From the NCBI RefSeq assembly GCF_011386835.1, contig NC_088810.1, positions 23,250,001 to 23,314,000 on the forward strand: a stretch of 64,000 bases of DNA, read 5' to 3'. The notes under the pieces were generated by a model, which saw nothing but the letters and a program-made list of their open reading frames with translations, was not told where the DNA came from and made no database searches. Position numbers and translations under genes: made by a program. How positions within the stretch are numbered: position 1 is the stretch's first letter; each line of letters opens with the position of its first letter. Below are positions 53,921 through 64,000 of this stretch, piece by piece. This DNA comes from Chrysemys picta bellii (Eukaryota).

Positions 53921-54474
53921 CAGGGCCGGTTCCAGGCACCAGCCCACCAAGCATGTGCTTGAGGCGGCGCCTGGAGGGGGGCGGTGCGGCGGGGCACTCG
54001 GGCCTGAGAGCGGGGCCGCGACTGGGCTCGCCCCCTCCCCGCGGCACTCCGGACTCTGGGGAGAGCGGAGCCGCAGCGGGCTCGCTGCCCTCCCCCTGGC
54101 ACTCAGGCCGGTCGGGGAGAGCGGAGAGCCGCGTTGGGCTCACCACCCGCCCCTCAGCACTCTAGCCGCCGGGGAGGGCGGAGAGGCCCGGCTGGGATCG
54201 CCGCGCTCCTCCCGGCGCTCTGGCCACTGGGAGTTCTCCGCCCTCCCCCTGGTGCTCTGGCTGCCGGGGAGAGCAGACAGCCCCGGCCGGGCTCTCCACC
54301 TTCCTCCTGGCACTCTGGCCACTGGGGAGAGTGGAGAGCCCCGGCCGGGCTCTCCGCCCTGCTCCCAGCGCTCCGGCTGGTCGGGGATTGCGGGCCCGAG
54401 CCAGGCTCGGCGCCCTCCCCTGCCGTGCTGCGGGGGGCCAGGCGGTGGGTGGCTTTTTTGCCTAGGGCGGCAAA
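53921..54474. mobile_element. GC-rich non-autonomous hAT-like element, right end truncated
   Basis: Begins CAGGGCCGG, a hAT-type terminus; ends GCCTAGGGCGGCAAA with no right TIR; internal ~57-bp tandem repeats ~54007-54388. A duplicate starts at the window end. Confidence 0.6.
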
Positions 54475-55765
54475 GTTTCAAGGATATAAACTCTTGTGCT
54501 TCAGGGTATCATCCAATAATGTAGGTTAGAGCTAATTGATGGGGGATAGTGACCCTGTACCTCTGTTCTCCTGGGTTACTTGAACTCCCAGTAAAGCCTC
54601 TGGTACTGACCGCTGATAGAGAGAGGTCTGATCATCTATAGAAATGTCTCTGTTCTTCCGTTCCAGAGAGGAGTCCATAGGTATGGTGTGACATTGAAGA
54701 GTAGAGCTGTATTGCCCTTAAATAAAACCTGTGCACAGATGGATATATCTCCCCTCACCAGTTAAATATTATGACATGTTCTTGGTCTGCATAATTTTTT
54801 CCTTTTGTGTCATCCAATCAAAAATTTGATTATTGGAAAATATTCATCTTCTGGGAGCTGAAGGGCACAAAAATGTTGACGACATGTGTAGATGAAAATG
54901 TAGTTTTTAATTTGAAGTTCCTGCAATATCATGCCATGATAGACCCTGGGGATGTTATATATATGGAGTGTAGTGAGCAACAGCAACCTCAAAAGCCATT
55001 AGATTCTTGTACTACATTAAGTTGTGGAGTTAAAGTTGAGAAGAGCTTTCTAGTGAACAGCCAAATCTTCAAAGCGCTCAAGAAGCAAAGGCTGCCTGTC
55101 TCCAAAGATACTCTGCCATTCAAGGGGTCGGGTCTAGACTTAACCATGCATTAACCAAGCAATTTGCTGGCCAATTTTCTTTTCCTTCTGAAAACCTGGT
55201 CCCTTCTCCTGCAAACAGTCACACTGATGCTTACCATGAAACCAAAGGAAAAATGTACATTCTTTAAGTGACAATATGTATAAATCATTTCAGAAAAAGA
55301 CACTTTGCTTAACCAGGTAATGAAAGGAGGACCTCTTTGCAGAGGGCTTGCATAATCCTATGGACCTCTACAAGGGCCAGATTCACTCCATGGCTTTCAA
55401 AGTTGCAACTTGAGATGTTCCCAGTACAGCAAGCTCCACTGAGATGAATTTTTGACCAAGTAGGGAGAAACAAGGAGAACCATAAGACTGATATGATGAT
55501 GCAGCACAGTTTTTAATGCGAATGAAATTTGCAGTACAAAATTACAGAAAGAAACAATACAGAGCAGAAGCTTTCTAAGGTCCTTGTTTTACACCAGTTG
55601 GTGGGAAATAAAACACAGCATAATAGAGGCAGAGGACTAGGCAGGTTCTCCATTACATATCTGCCGTAGCATAATTCAAAGTGAGATGCTTACGATACAT
55701 ATCGGTGGAAAGGATAGAACATGTAGGGCCTATTCTACTTTATTTCATGGATATTCCTGTTGGGA

Positions 55766-56308
55766 TTAACACGGCCCACAGTATCCACCGCGATACCTAC
55801 GGCCATATCCCCCGTAACCGCATAATCCCCCATAACCACCTAATCCCCCATAACCGTAACCTCCCCCGTAACCACACAGTCCCCCATAACCTCCTCCGTA
55901 ACCACACAATCCCCCATATCTACCTAATCCCCCATAACCATAACCTCCCCCGTAACCACACAGTCCCCCATAACCACCCAATCCGCCATAACCGTAAAGG
56001 CCCCCATAACCACCGAATCCCCCTAAACCATACAATCCTCCATAATGGCCTCCATAGCCGTTCAATCCCCCCAAACCGAATGAGCCCCCGTAGCCAGCTC
56101 CGACCACAGGTGCTCCAACGGCTCCCACTTCACTCTGCTGAGGGAAATTGCTGAGAATTGGTCCTGGGATGGTTACAACAACCGGTGATGGTCTGATAAC
56201 CACTTCAGAGTCAGGGCACTGCCTAACGCACGGCTCATTGCAGCTGCCAGAAACTGGACTGGGACGGGCCACCCCACATTCTGGATAGGACAGGCTGGAG
56301 CAAGACAT
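55766..56308 (-). CDS. Corneous beta-protein gene 9, 180 aa (most divergent core)
   Basis: [15 protein letters not shown] and GLNGYGGH variants; long intron 56330-57373 (1044 nt). Confidence 0.95.
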   Translation of the reverse strand: MSCSSLSYPECGVARPSPVSGSCNEPCVRQCPDSEVVIRPSPVVVTIPGPILSNFPQQSEVGAVGAPVVGAGYGGSFGLGGLNGYGGHYGGLYGLGGFGGYGGLYGYGGLGGYGGLCGYGGGYGYGGLGRYGGLCGYGGGYGGLCGYGGGYGYGGLGGYGGLCGYGGYGRRYRGGYCGPC

Positions 56309-56905
56309 CTTTCTGTGATGGAGATAAACCTGAAACACACAACAGGGAACAGATTCAAGAGAAGGTACAAGTGTCAATGGAAGAAAGGCTTCAAAGCTCA
56401 GTTACTATTGTGGTGAGATCTACAAGGGCCCCGAGAGAGAGGAGAAGGAGTGGACTTAGTCCCTATCTTCATGGTTATTATTTGTTCCTATTTCCGCTTT
56501 CTACGCGTCTTCTTCTCTCCCACTAAACTTCCCTCCCAGCCAGCCCCTTTGAAGTCCTCTCCATGATTGTGTCTGAAAAGCACCAACCGGAATCAGTGTA
56601 ATTATGTCTATTATGGACAGCTGGGATTCTGTGTTCCATTTTAGACATTTCTCAATGAGAACATGGCTCGGATAATGGTAATCGAATTCTTCTCCTTTTG
56701 GATATTGGGAGTGGCTCTTTGGTTTTCCAAACCTAGTAAATCACCAATACTTGCTGAGAAATGAACAGAAACATTTCTTTTCTCCAAACAAATCACTAAA
56801 GGCAAGATCCTTGGCTGAGGTACATTGGCTCAGGTCCATTGACTACCATCGAGTAACACTAAATTTAACCATCTAAGGAGAAGAATCTTCAATGGGTATT
56901 TCTGC

Positions 56906-56980
56906 TCATAAGAATGTAGGAATTGCTACACTGGATTACACCAGTTGTCAGCTAAATCCATTCTTCTGTCTGCAACAGTG
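56906..56980 (-). mobile_element. Possible ancient CR1/L3 3'-tail remnant in the gene 9 intron
   Basis: cataagaatgtaggaattgctacactggattacacc...tcca resembles the reverse complement of (TTCTTATG)-tailed CR1 ends as recalled; degenerate. Confidence 0.35.
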
Positions 56981-57373
56981 ATGAATAATAGCTTCTTCAG
57001 AATAAAGTAAAGACCACTGAATTGGCCCGTTATGGAGTAAACTGGGAAAGTTTCTTCCTAATCTACCGAAAAGAGAAATGACTAAAGGATTTTATAAGGT
57101 CACTTAAAAGATTTAAATGCCCTAATTCAATTTCCAATTAATAGAAAATATATTTCCCAGTTCCATATTTTGCCTCTAAAATCCCCCCTTTAGCTTAACA
57201 TCGTGAATCCACCAGCCCTTGCAACAGAAATTGTGCACAATATAGCTATGGAAAATCACCCTCATCCCTGATAAAAGTCACTGAGAGTATGTGCAAGATT
57301 CAGTCTTCAATGGAAATGGAAGATACTAGGATATCTCTATGGTAAGAAAGAGAAGGAGTCAAAATGGACTTAC

Positions 57374-57441
57374 CGTGTTCACTGAGGAGATGAAGTGCAG
57401 AGAAGTGTTTAGAAGAGCCCTGAGATGTGAGCACTTTTATA
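57374..57441 (-). promoter_or_regulatory. Gene 9 TATA box and exon 1
   Basis: Same 68-nt module with gene 8/10-type variants. Confidence 0.85.
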
Positions 57442-59608
57442 CAGTTTGTAGGACTGCCTGAAGGATCTGAGATGCCTTTTATGGAGGAGGTCCTAATTAG
57501 TTACAGAACAAACTTGACTGCCTTGCTAAATCCTCCTTTTGATGGAGCTGTTTTCCTCAGGGTTTGGGATTGTTGGGCTAATCTCAGCCTGAAAGGGTGT
57601 GACATTGTTGCATTCTTCAGCTTTCTTTCATCTAAAAATTGTACAAGCCAACTGCAATCCTCGTGTCATTCCACTGACTGACATTGTGTTGCCATGAGAA
57701 TGCATGTCAAGGTGATTCAGAGCTGTGTCAGTAGTACAACTGTCTGTCATGAACAGGAATCTGGTTTGGTCCTTTCCATTTATGCTGGTCGTGGTTAGGG
57801 CAGTGCATTTTGTACCCGGTAGGAAGGAGGGAGGCATTTTTGTGTATTAGGTCAGATCCAGTCCCCTTTGTAATCAATGGGATTCATACCATTGCCTTCA
57901 GTGTGTTTCTTCTCAGGACCTTATATCTGAAATTCCCCCTTTGGCAGGGGGATAGCACGATGCCTTTGGACATTTTGAGTCCAACTTGAAACGTTCAAAC
58001 TAGCATTCAGCAGGGACTGTAATGGAGCATGGGCCTTTGTGATGGCCCTCTGCCAAGGGGAGAATTTCTCCTTACAGGGATTCAAAATAAACCTAAAATT
58101 GGACCTCCACTTGTGGCACCAATTCTAAACAATTATCAAAAGAAGATTAAAAAAAATAGAATGAGCCTCTTTAAGAGTTACTTTCAGGGTTAGTGACAGA
58201 TTTGGAAGCCATGATTGCTAAGTGTCCAGTAGGGTTCAAGAGATTGAGGTTAGTGTTAGCCATGAGTAGTCCCAACTATTGGGGGCTTTTTCTGATTTTG
58301 TCAATCATGTCCTGTTTGACCTTGACCTTAACATACCTCCGGTCACCTCTGTGTAAAACAGGTATAATTATAATTTGAAAGCACTTCACAAACATTTTAT
58401 ATGGCCAAAGAGACGTACTGTATTATTATAGTAGTAATAACTTTTTTACTGCAATTAGATGGTCCAATATTCACTTTAAAAATGCATGTCAATGTGTCAG
58501 AGGAGGAGGGAGCTCAGAATCATGAACCGAGTACTGGAATGACATCATGACCTTGACATGCATTTCTAAAGTGAATATTGGAACGTCTAATTGCAATAAA
58601 AAGTTATTAACTATAATAATACTGTGCGTAACTTTGGCTGTATAAAGTGTTTGTGAAGAGCTTTCCAATTATAATTATACCTGTTTTACACAGAGGTGAA
58701 GGGAGACATGTTAAGTTCAAGGTCAGACAGGGCATGACTGACAAAATCAGAAAAAGCTCGCAATAGTTGGGACTTCTCATGCCAAACACTAACCTCAGTC
58801 TCTTGAATCCTACTGGACACTTACCAATCATGGCTTCCAAATCTGTCACTAACCCTGAAAGAAACTCTTAAAGAGGCTCATTCTATTTTTTTAAATCTTC
58901 TTTTGATAATTGTTTAGAATTGGTGCCACAAGTGGAGGTCCAATTTTAGGTTTATTTTGAATCCCTGTAAGGAGAAATTCTCCCCTTGGCAGAGGGCCAT
59001 CACAAACGCCCATGCTCCACTACAGTCCCTGCTGAGTCCTAGTTTGAACATTTCAAGTTGGACTCAAAATGTCCATAGGCATGGTACTATCCCCCTGCCA
59101 AAGGGGAAATTTCAGATATAAGGTCCTGAGAAGAAACACACTGAAGGCAATGGTATGAATCCCATTGATTACAAAGGGGACTGGATCTGACCCAATGTAC
59201 AAAAATGCCTCCCTCTTACCTACCGGGTACAAAATGCACTGCCCAATGCCCCTAACAATGACCAGCATAAATGGAAAGGACCAAACCAGATTCCTGTTCA
59301 TGACAGACAGTTGTACTACTGACACAGCTCGGAATCACCTTGACATGCATTCGCATGGCAGCACCAAGTCAGTCAGTGGAATGACACGAGGATTGCAGTT
59401 GGCTTGTACAATTTTTAGATGAAAGAAAGCTGAAGAATGCAACAATGTCACACCCTTTCAGGCTGAGATTAGCCCAACAATCCCAAACCCTGAGGAAAAC
59501 AGCTCCATCAAAAGGAGGATTTAGCAAGGCAGTCAAGTTTATTTGGTAACTAATTAGGACCTCCTCCATAAAAGGCATCTCAGATCCTTCAGGCAGTCCT
59601 ACAAACTG

Positions 59609-59676
59609 TATAAAAGTGCTCACATCTCAGGGCTCTTCTAAACACTTCTCTGCACTTCATCTCCTCAGTGAACACG
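59609..59676 (+). promoter_or_regulatory. Gene 10 TATA box and exon 1
   Basis: Same 68-nt module. Confidence 0.85.
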
Positions 59677-60339
59677 GTAAGTCCATTTTGACTTCATCTC
59701 TTTCTTACCATAGAGATATCCTAATAGCTTCCATTTCCATTGAAGACTGAATCTTGCATATACTCTCAGTGACTTTTATCAGGGATGAGGGTGATTTTCC
59801 ATAAGTATATTGTGCAATTATTCAGTTGCAAGGGCTGGTGGATTCATGATGTTAAGCTAAAGGGGGGATTGTAGAGGCAACATATGGAACTGCGAAATAT
59901 ATTTTCTATTAATTGGAAATTGAATTAGGACATTTAAATCTTTTAAGTGTCCTTATAAAATCCTTTAGTCATTTCTCTTTTCGGTAGATTAGGAAGAAAT
60001 GTTCCCAGTTTATTACATAACAGGGCAATACATTGGTCTTCTACTTTATTCTGAGGAAGCTATTATTCATCACTGTTGCAGACATGGAGAGGACTTCAAA
60101 GGGGCCAGTTGGGAGGGAAGTTTAGTGGGAGAGGAGAAGAGGCATAGAAAGCGGAAATAGGAACAAATAATAACCATGAACATAGGGACTGCGTCTACTC
60201 CTCCTCCTCTCTCTCGGGGCCCTTGTAGATCTCACCACAATAGTAACTGAGCTTTGAAGCCTTTCTTCCACTGACACTTGTACCTTCTCTTGAATCTGTT
60301 CCCTCTTGTGTGTTTCAGGTTTATCTCCATCACAGAAAG

Positions 60340-60882
60340 ATGTCTTGCTCCAGCCTGTCCTATCCAGAATGCGGGGTGGCCCGTCCCAGTCCAGTTTCTG
60401 GCAGTTGCAATGAGCCATGCGTTAGGCAGTGCCCTGACTCTGAAGTGGTCATCAGACCATCACCGGTTGTCGTGACCCTCCCAGGACCAATTCTCAGCAC
60501 TTTCCCGCAGCAGAGTGGCGTGGGAGCCGTAGGAGCACCTGTGGTCGGAGCTGGCTATGGGGGCTCATTTGGTTTGGGGGGACTGTATGGCTCTGGAGGC
60601 CATTATGGAGGATTGTATGGTTTAGGGGGATTGGGTGGTTATGGGAGCCATTACGGTTTTGGGGGATTGGGTGGTTATGGGGGATTGTGTGGTTACGGGG
60701 GAGGTTACGGTTATGGGGGATTAGGTAGATATGGGGGATTGTGTGGTTACGGGGGAGGTTATGGGGGACTGTGTGGTTACGGGGGAGGTTACGGTTATGG
60801 GGGATTAGGTGGTTATGGGGGATTATGCGGTTACGGGGGATATGGCCGTAGGTATCGCGGTGGATACTGTGGGCCATGTTAA
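60340..60882 (+). CDS. Corneous beta-protein gene 10, 180 aa
   Basis: Near-identical to gene 8; intron 59677-60318. Confidence 0.95.
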   Translation: MSCSSLSYPECGVARPSPVSGSCNEPCVRQCPDSEVVIRPSPVVVTLPGPILSTFPQQSGVGAVGAPVVGAGYGGSFGLGGLYGSGGHYGGLYGLGGLGGYGSHYGFGGLGGYGGLCGYGGGYGYGGLGRYGGLCGYGGGYGGLCGYGGGYGYGGLGGYGGLCGYGGYGRRYRGGYCGPC

Positions 60883-61919
60883 TCCCAACAGGAATATCCA
60901 TGAAATGAAGTAGAATACGCCCTACATGTTCTATCCTTTCCACCGATCTGTATCATAAGCATCTCACTTTGAATTATGCTACGGCAGATATCTAATGGAG
61001 CACCTGCCTAGTCCTCTGACTCTATTATGCTGTGTTTTATTTCCTACCAACTGGGGTAAAACAAGGAACTTAAAAAGGTTCTGCTCTGAATTGTTTCTTC
61101 CTGTAACTTTGTACTGCAAATTTCATTCACATTAAAAACTATGCTGCATCATCATATCAATCTTATAGTTCTCCTTGTTTCTCCATATTGTCACTTAAAG
61201 AATGTACATTTTTCTTTGGTTTCATGGTAAGCATCGGTGTGACTGTTTGCAGGAGAAGGGCCCAGGTTTTCAGAAGGAAAAGAAAATTGGCCAGCAAATT
61301 GCTCGGTTAATGCATGGTTAAGTCTAGACCCGACCCCTTGAATGGCAGAGTATCTTTGGAGACAGGCTACCTTTGCATCTAGAGCTCTTTGAAGGTTTGG
61401 CTGTTCACTAGAAAGATCTTCTCAACTTTAAGTCCACAAGTAACCTCACTTTTCTATAGAGCTTCCTTTCCCCAGGATTCGGGTTTTTCAGCAGAGATTA
61501 TGGATAAAGACAAAGACTGGGAAAACTTTGTTGACATGGCCATTTGATATGGGTGCTTTATCTGGAGGCATTTGGCCAAACCAATCCCCATTTCCATCCC
61601 TAGCACTACTCTATGGGCTAAGGATGAATCCCTCCCCTTTGAGATACTCGAGGATGATAGCAATTTAAAGCTGCAGCATTGAAGTCCTGAACGGCTGAGG
61701 AAGAAACCTTTACTATAAGCAGTTAGCCTTTCACTGGCAATTCATAAGCTTCATTGAGAACAAATGCCCTAATATTGCCAGTCTTCCTCTTTGGTCAAAT
61801 AATACGGAAGCCTTTCATGATATGCAAAGATAACGAATTGAGGAGAAATTAAAACCAGAAGACCAATAGTATAATGTATTATATATTTGAATTTGAAATA
61901 AAGGAGAGTTGAAATTTTC

Positions 61920-61989
61920 AAAAGAAAAGAAAAGAAAAGAAAAGAAAAGAAAAGAAAAGAAAAGAAAAGAAAAGAAAAGAAAAGAAAAG
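61920..61989. repeat. (AAAAG)14 microsatellite
   Basis: Direct count; interrupted ~8-unit paralogue at 51943-51982. Confidence 0.95.
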
Positions 61990-62350
61990 GCTATATATCC
62001 ATGGTTTCACGAAGGCCATATCCTATCACCAGCTCCAAAGTAATGTATTTCTCAAATTGTCTTCTTTATTGCAGCTGTAGAGTTTGACAAACAAGTCCGG
62101 TGTGCCACCATTTTAAATTACTTGTTTCCCCTCGGTCAGTCTCAAATAAGGCAAAACACAATTGAGGTAATGTAGAGACCTAAAGAGGGAGTGAGAGAGA
62201 GTGTAGACCAACATAACTCCATCATCTTCAGTTTGAAGGAAGGCACTCTACCCAACATAGGTTAGAGAAAACCTTGTGTGGAGTGTATCTTTCTGTGCAT
62301 ACACTGCACCTCCACCCCCAACTGTGTGAGTGAAATCAGACTTACCAAGT

Positions 62351-62388
62351 ATCAGAGGGGTAGCCGTGTTAGTCTGAATCTGTAAAAA
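62351..62388 (-). mobile_element. 38-bp Penelope-like 3' tip
   Basis: Reverse strand cagattcagactaacacggctacccctctgat resembles the tail at 40470-40500; absent from the paralogue at 52335. Confidence 0.7.
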
Positions 62389-62908
62389 GACTTACCAAGA
62401 CTTACCAGACTTACCATGTTCACCAAGACGAATAACGCTAGATAAGTGATCTGAAAAGTTCTAAGTTGCAGGTGCTTTCATATGATTTAGAAAGGACGTG
62501 AGATGACCTTTTCTTCTGATGAGGACCTTATTAGCTACGAAACCAATCTTGTTGCATGCATAACAACTTCAATGGATGTAAATGTTTTCCTCATTGTTTG
62601 TGATTATTAGTGTAAAGCTATCATTAATGAAATTTTAATACAAAAATTATGAGGCTGTATATCATGGCCTGAGTAGGGAGGGACATGAGAGACCTTGCTG
62701 TGACTTTTTTGAGGTGACTCAAGCACTCAGCGTCTAACACAAAGAGAACACCCTCAATATTATCATAATAAAACACTTTGCGCTTATAAAAGCGTAATGA
62801 GTGTTTTTGCAATGCCTTGAAATTCAAAGTTTACTTTCATTGGTCACTGTGCCTTTTCCGTCCTCTACTATTTGCTGTGTGTTGCAAGCTGACTTCCGTT
62901 GCAGAAAG

Positions 62909-63091
62909 ATGTCTTGCTCTAGAAACCCATGATGGGTTGTACCATATGGGGTGACAGGCCCCCAGTCAGCTGCTACACGCTGCAATGAGCCATGGATTAG
63001 GCCGTACCAAGACTGCAGAATGTTTATCTACCCACCACTGGCTGCTGTGACTAACTTGGGACCAATTGTCAGCTCTTTTCCTCAGGAGTGA
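62909..63091 (+). pseudogene. Diverged CBP pseudogene psi6
   Basis: Duplicate of psi5 at ~10.08 kb offset; same two stops. Confidence 0.85.
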
Positions 63092-63286
63092 GGAGTTTTA
63101 AGATGAATGAGAGGTCCAGAGTGTAATGTGCATGTCCTACCATATGGAGTTAAGAACAAACTAATCGTCAAAAACACGGAGGAAAAAATACAGCAATTGA
63201 AGGGGTTACACAAAGTTTGTTTCATAACTAATTAGACTTACAGAAACAAAGGGCCTGTGTAGTCCTCTAGGCTATCTCCGAAACTG

Positions 63287-63352
63287 TATAAAACACTCAT
63301 GACTCAGAAGTCTTCAAACCACTTTTTTAACTTATTCTCTTCCATGAATTGG
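63287..63352 (+). promoter_or_regulatory. Orphan promoter/exon 1 P6
   Basis: Duplicate of P5. Confidence 0.65.
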
Positions 63353-64000
63353 GTAAGTCCTATTCGACTCACTCTCTCTTTAATCTTTGAGATGATGTGT
63401 TAGCATGTAAGTGATAGTTTTAATTTAGGACTGAATCTTGCACATTCACTCCGTGATTCTTAACAGCGTTAAAGGTTTTGTTTGATTCTTTTTCAATATC
63501 TTTTACTCCATTATAAAGTTGCAGAAATTTTTTTCTTCGGTTTAGAAGCTAAGGCTTGAATTTTCAGAGTAAGACATGCATTTGTAACACTAGATCTTAT
63601 TGATTTCAGTTAGAACTTGGGCTTTCAAATCCCATAGGTAGCTCTGAAAATTCTCACTCCCAATTTTTAATTGAGGGTTTAGGAAGAAATTCCCTAAGTT
63701 TACACCATAAACGACAAATTAATTGCTCTTTGTTCCTTGTAAAGCAGTTGGTAAGTGACATTCATTGCAACAGGATATTGGATTTGATGGGCCACACATC
63801 TGTTTCAGCATTCCAATTGCTACATTCTAAGGTGCAGAGGTGATTATAGGTGAAACTCCTCATCTCATCTAACTTGTGAAGTCAGTGGGAAGCGCAGATT
63901 TGTATTAGCGGAGGAAGTGATGTTTAGTGTTTTGTTTTTATATTAAAAGAGCCAAACACTTTCCTTTATCCATCAGCAAGTACTAATGACATCAGGGCCG

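Larger units (their letters stand above)
56965..60090. repeat. Near-spacerless imperfect palindrome between genes 9 and 10
   Basis: Arms ~56965-58495 and ~58550-60090; centre junction tgtgtcag|aggaggagggg at 58500. Confidence 0.8.
48520..64000. repeat. Direct segmental duplication 48.5-53.9 kb vs 58.5-64.0 kb
   Basis: Offsets 49076->59053, 50333->60310, 51477->61454 (9977); 53921->63992 region. Confidence 0.9.

Noticed and set aside
53901-54529. Overlapping Gly/Pro/Arg/Ala-rich ORFs
   Set aside because: Artefact of a GC-rich repeat with few stop codons.
1-64000. CRISPR arrays, rRNA or tRNA genes, prokaryotic systems
   Set aside because: None seen; the periodic repeats are coding minisatellites and eukaryotic segmental duplications.

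Overview
Vertebrate, not prokaryotic, DNA; the Gly/Tyr-rich beta-keratin type and the CR1/Penelope repeats suggest a turtle (inference). The window is a recently amplified corneous beta-protein (CBP, beta-keratin) cluster. Ten intact genes (180-220 aa) each have TATAAAAG, a ~37-nt non-coding exon 1, one 5'-UTR intron (639-642 nt; 1044 nt in gene 9) and a single coding exon with ATG 21 nt after the acceptor. Eight of the ten form head-to-head inverted pairs. The ORF track misses six copies of a diverged CBP pseudogene sharing two stops, six orphan CBP promoter/exon-1/donor modules, and fifteen relic TATA/exon-1/donor modules carried in a ~1.3-kb tandem unit. The region is built from ~9-13 kb segmental duplications, inversions and a near-spacerless palindrome. 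Copy-specific insertions are a 2.55-kb CR1, four Penelope-like fragments (one with a GIY-YIG frame and hammerhead-like motif, one a perfect 73-bp-arm palindrome) and a hAT-like element. Repeat boundaries were placed by eye and are approximate.
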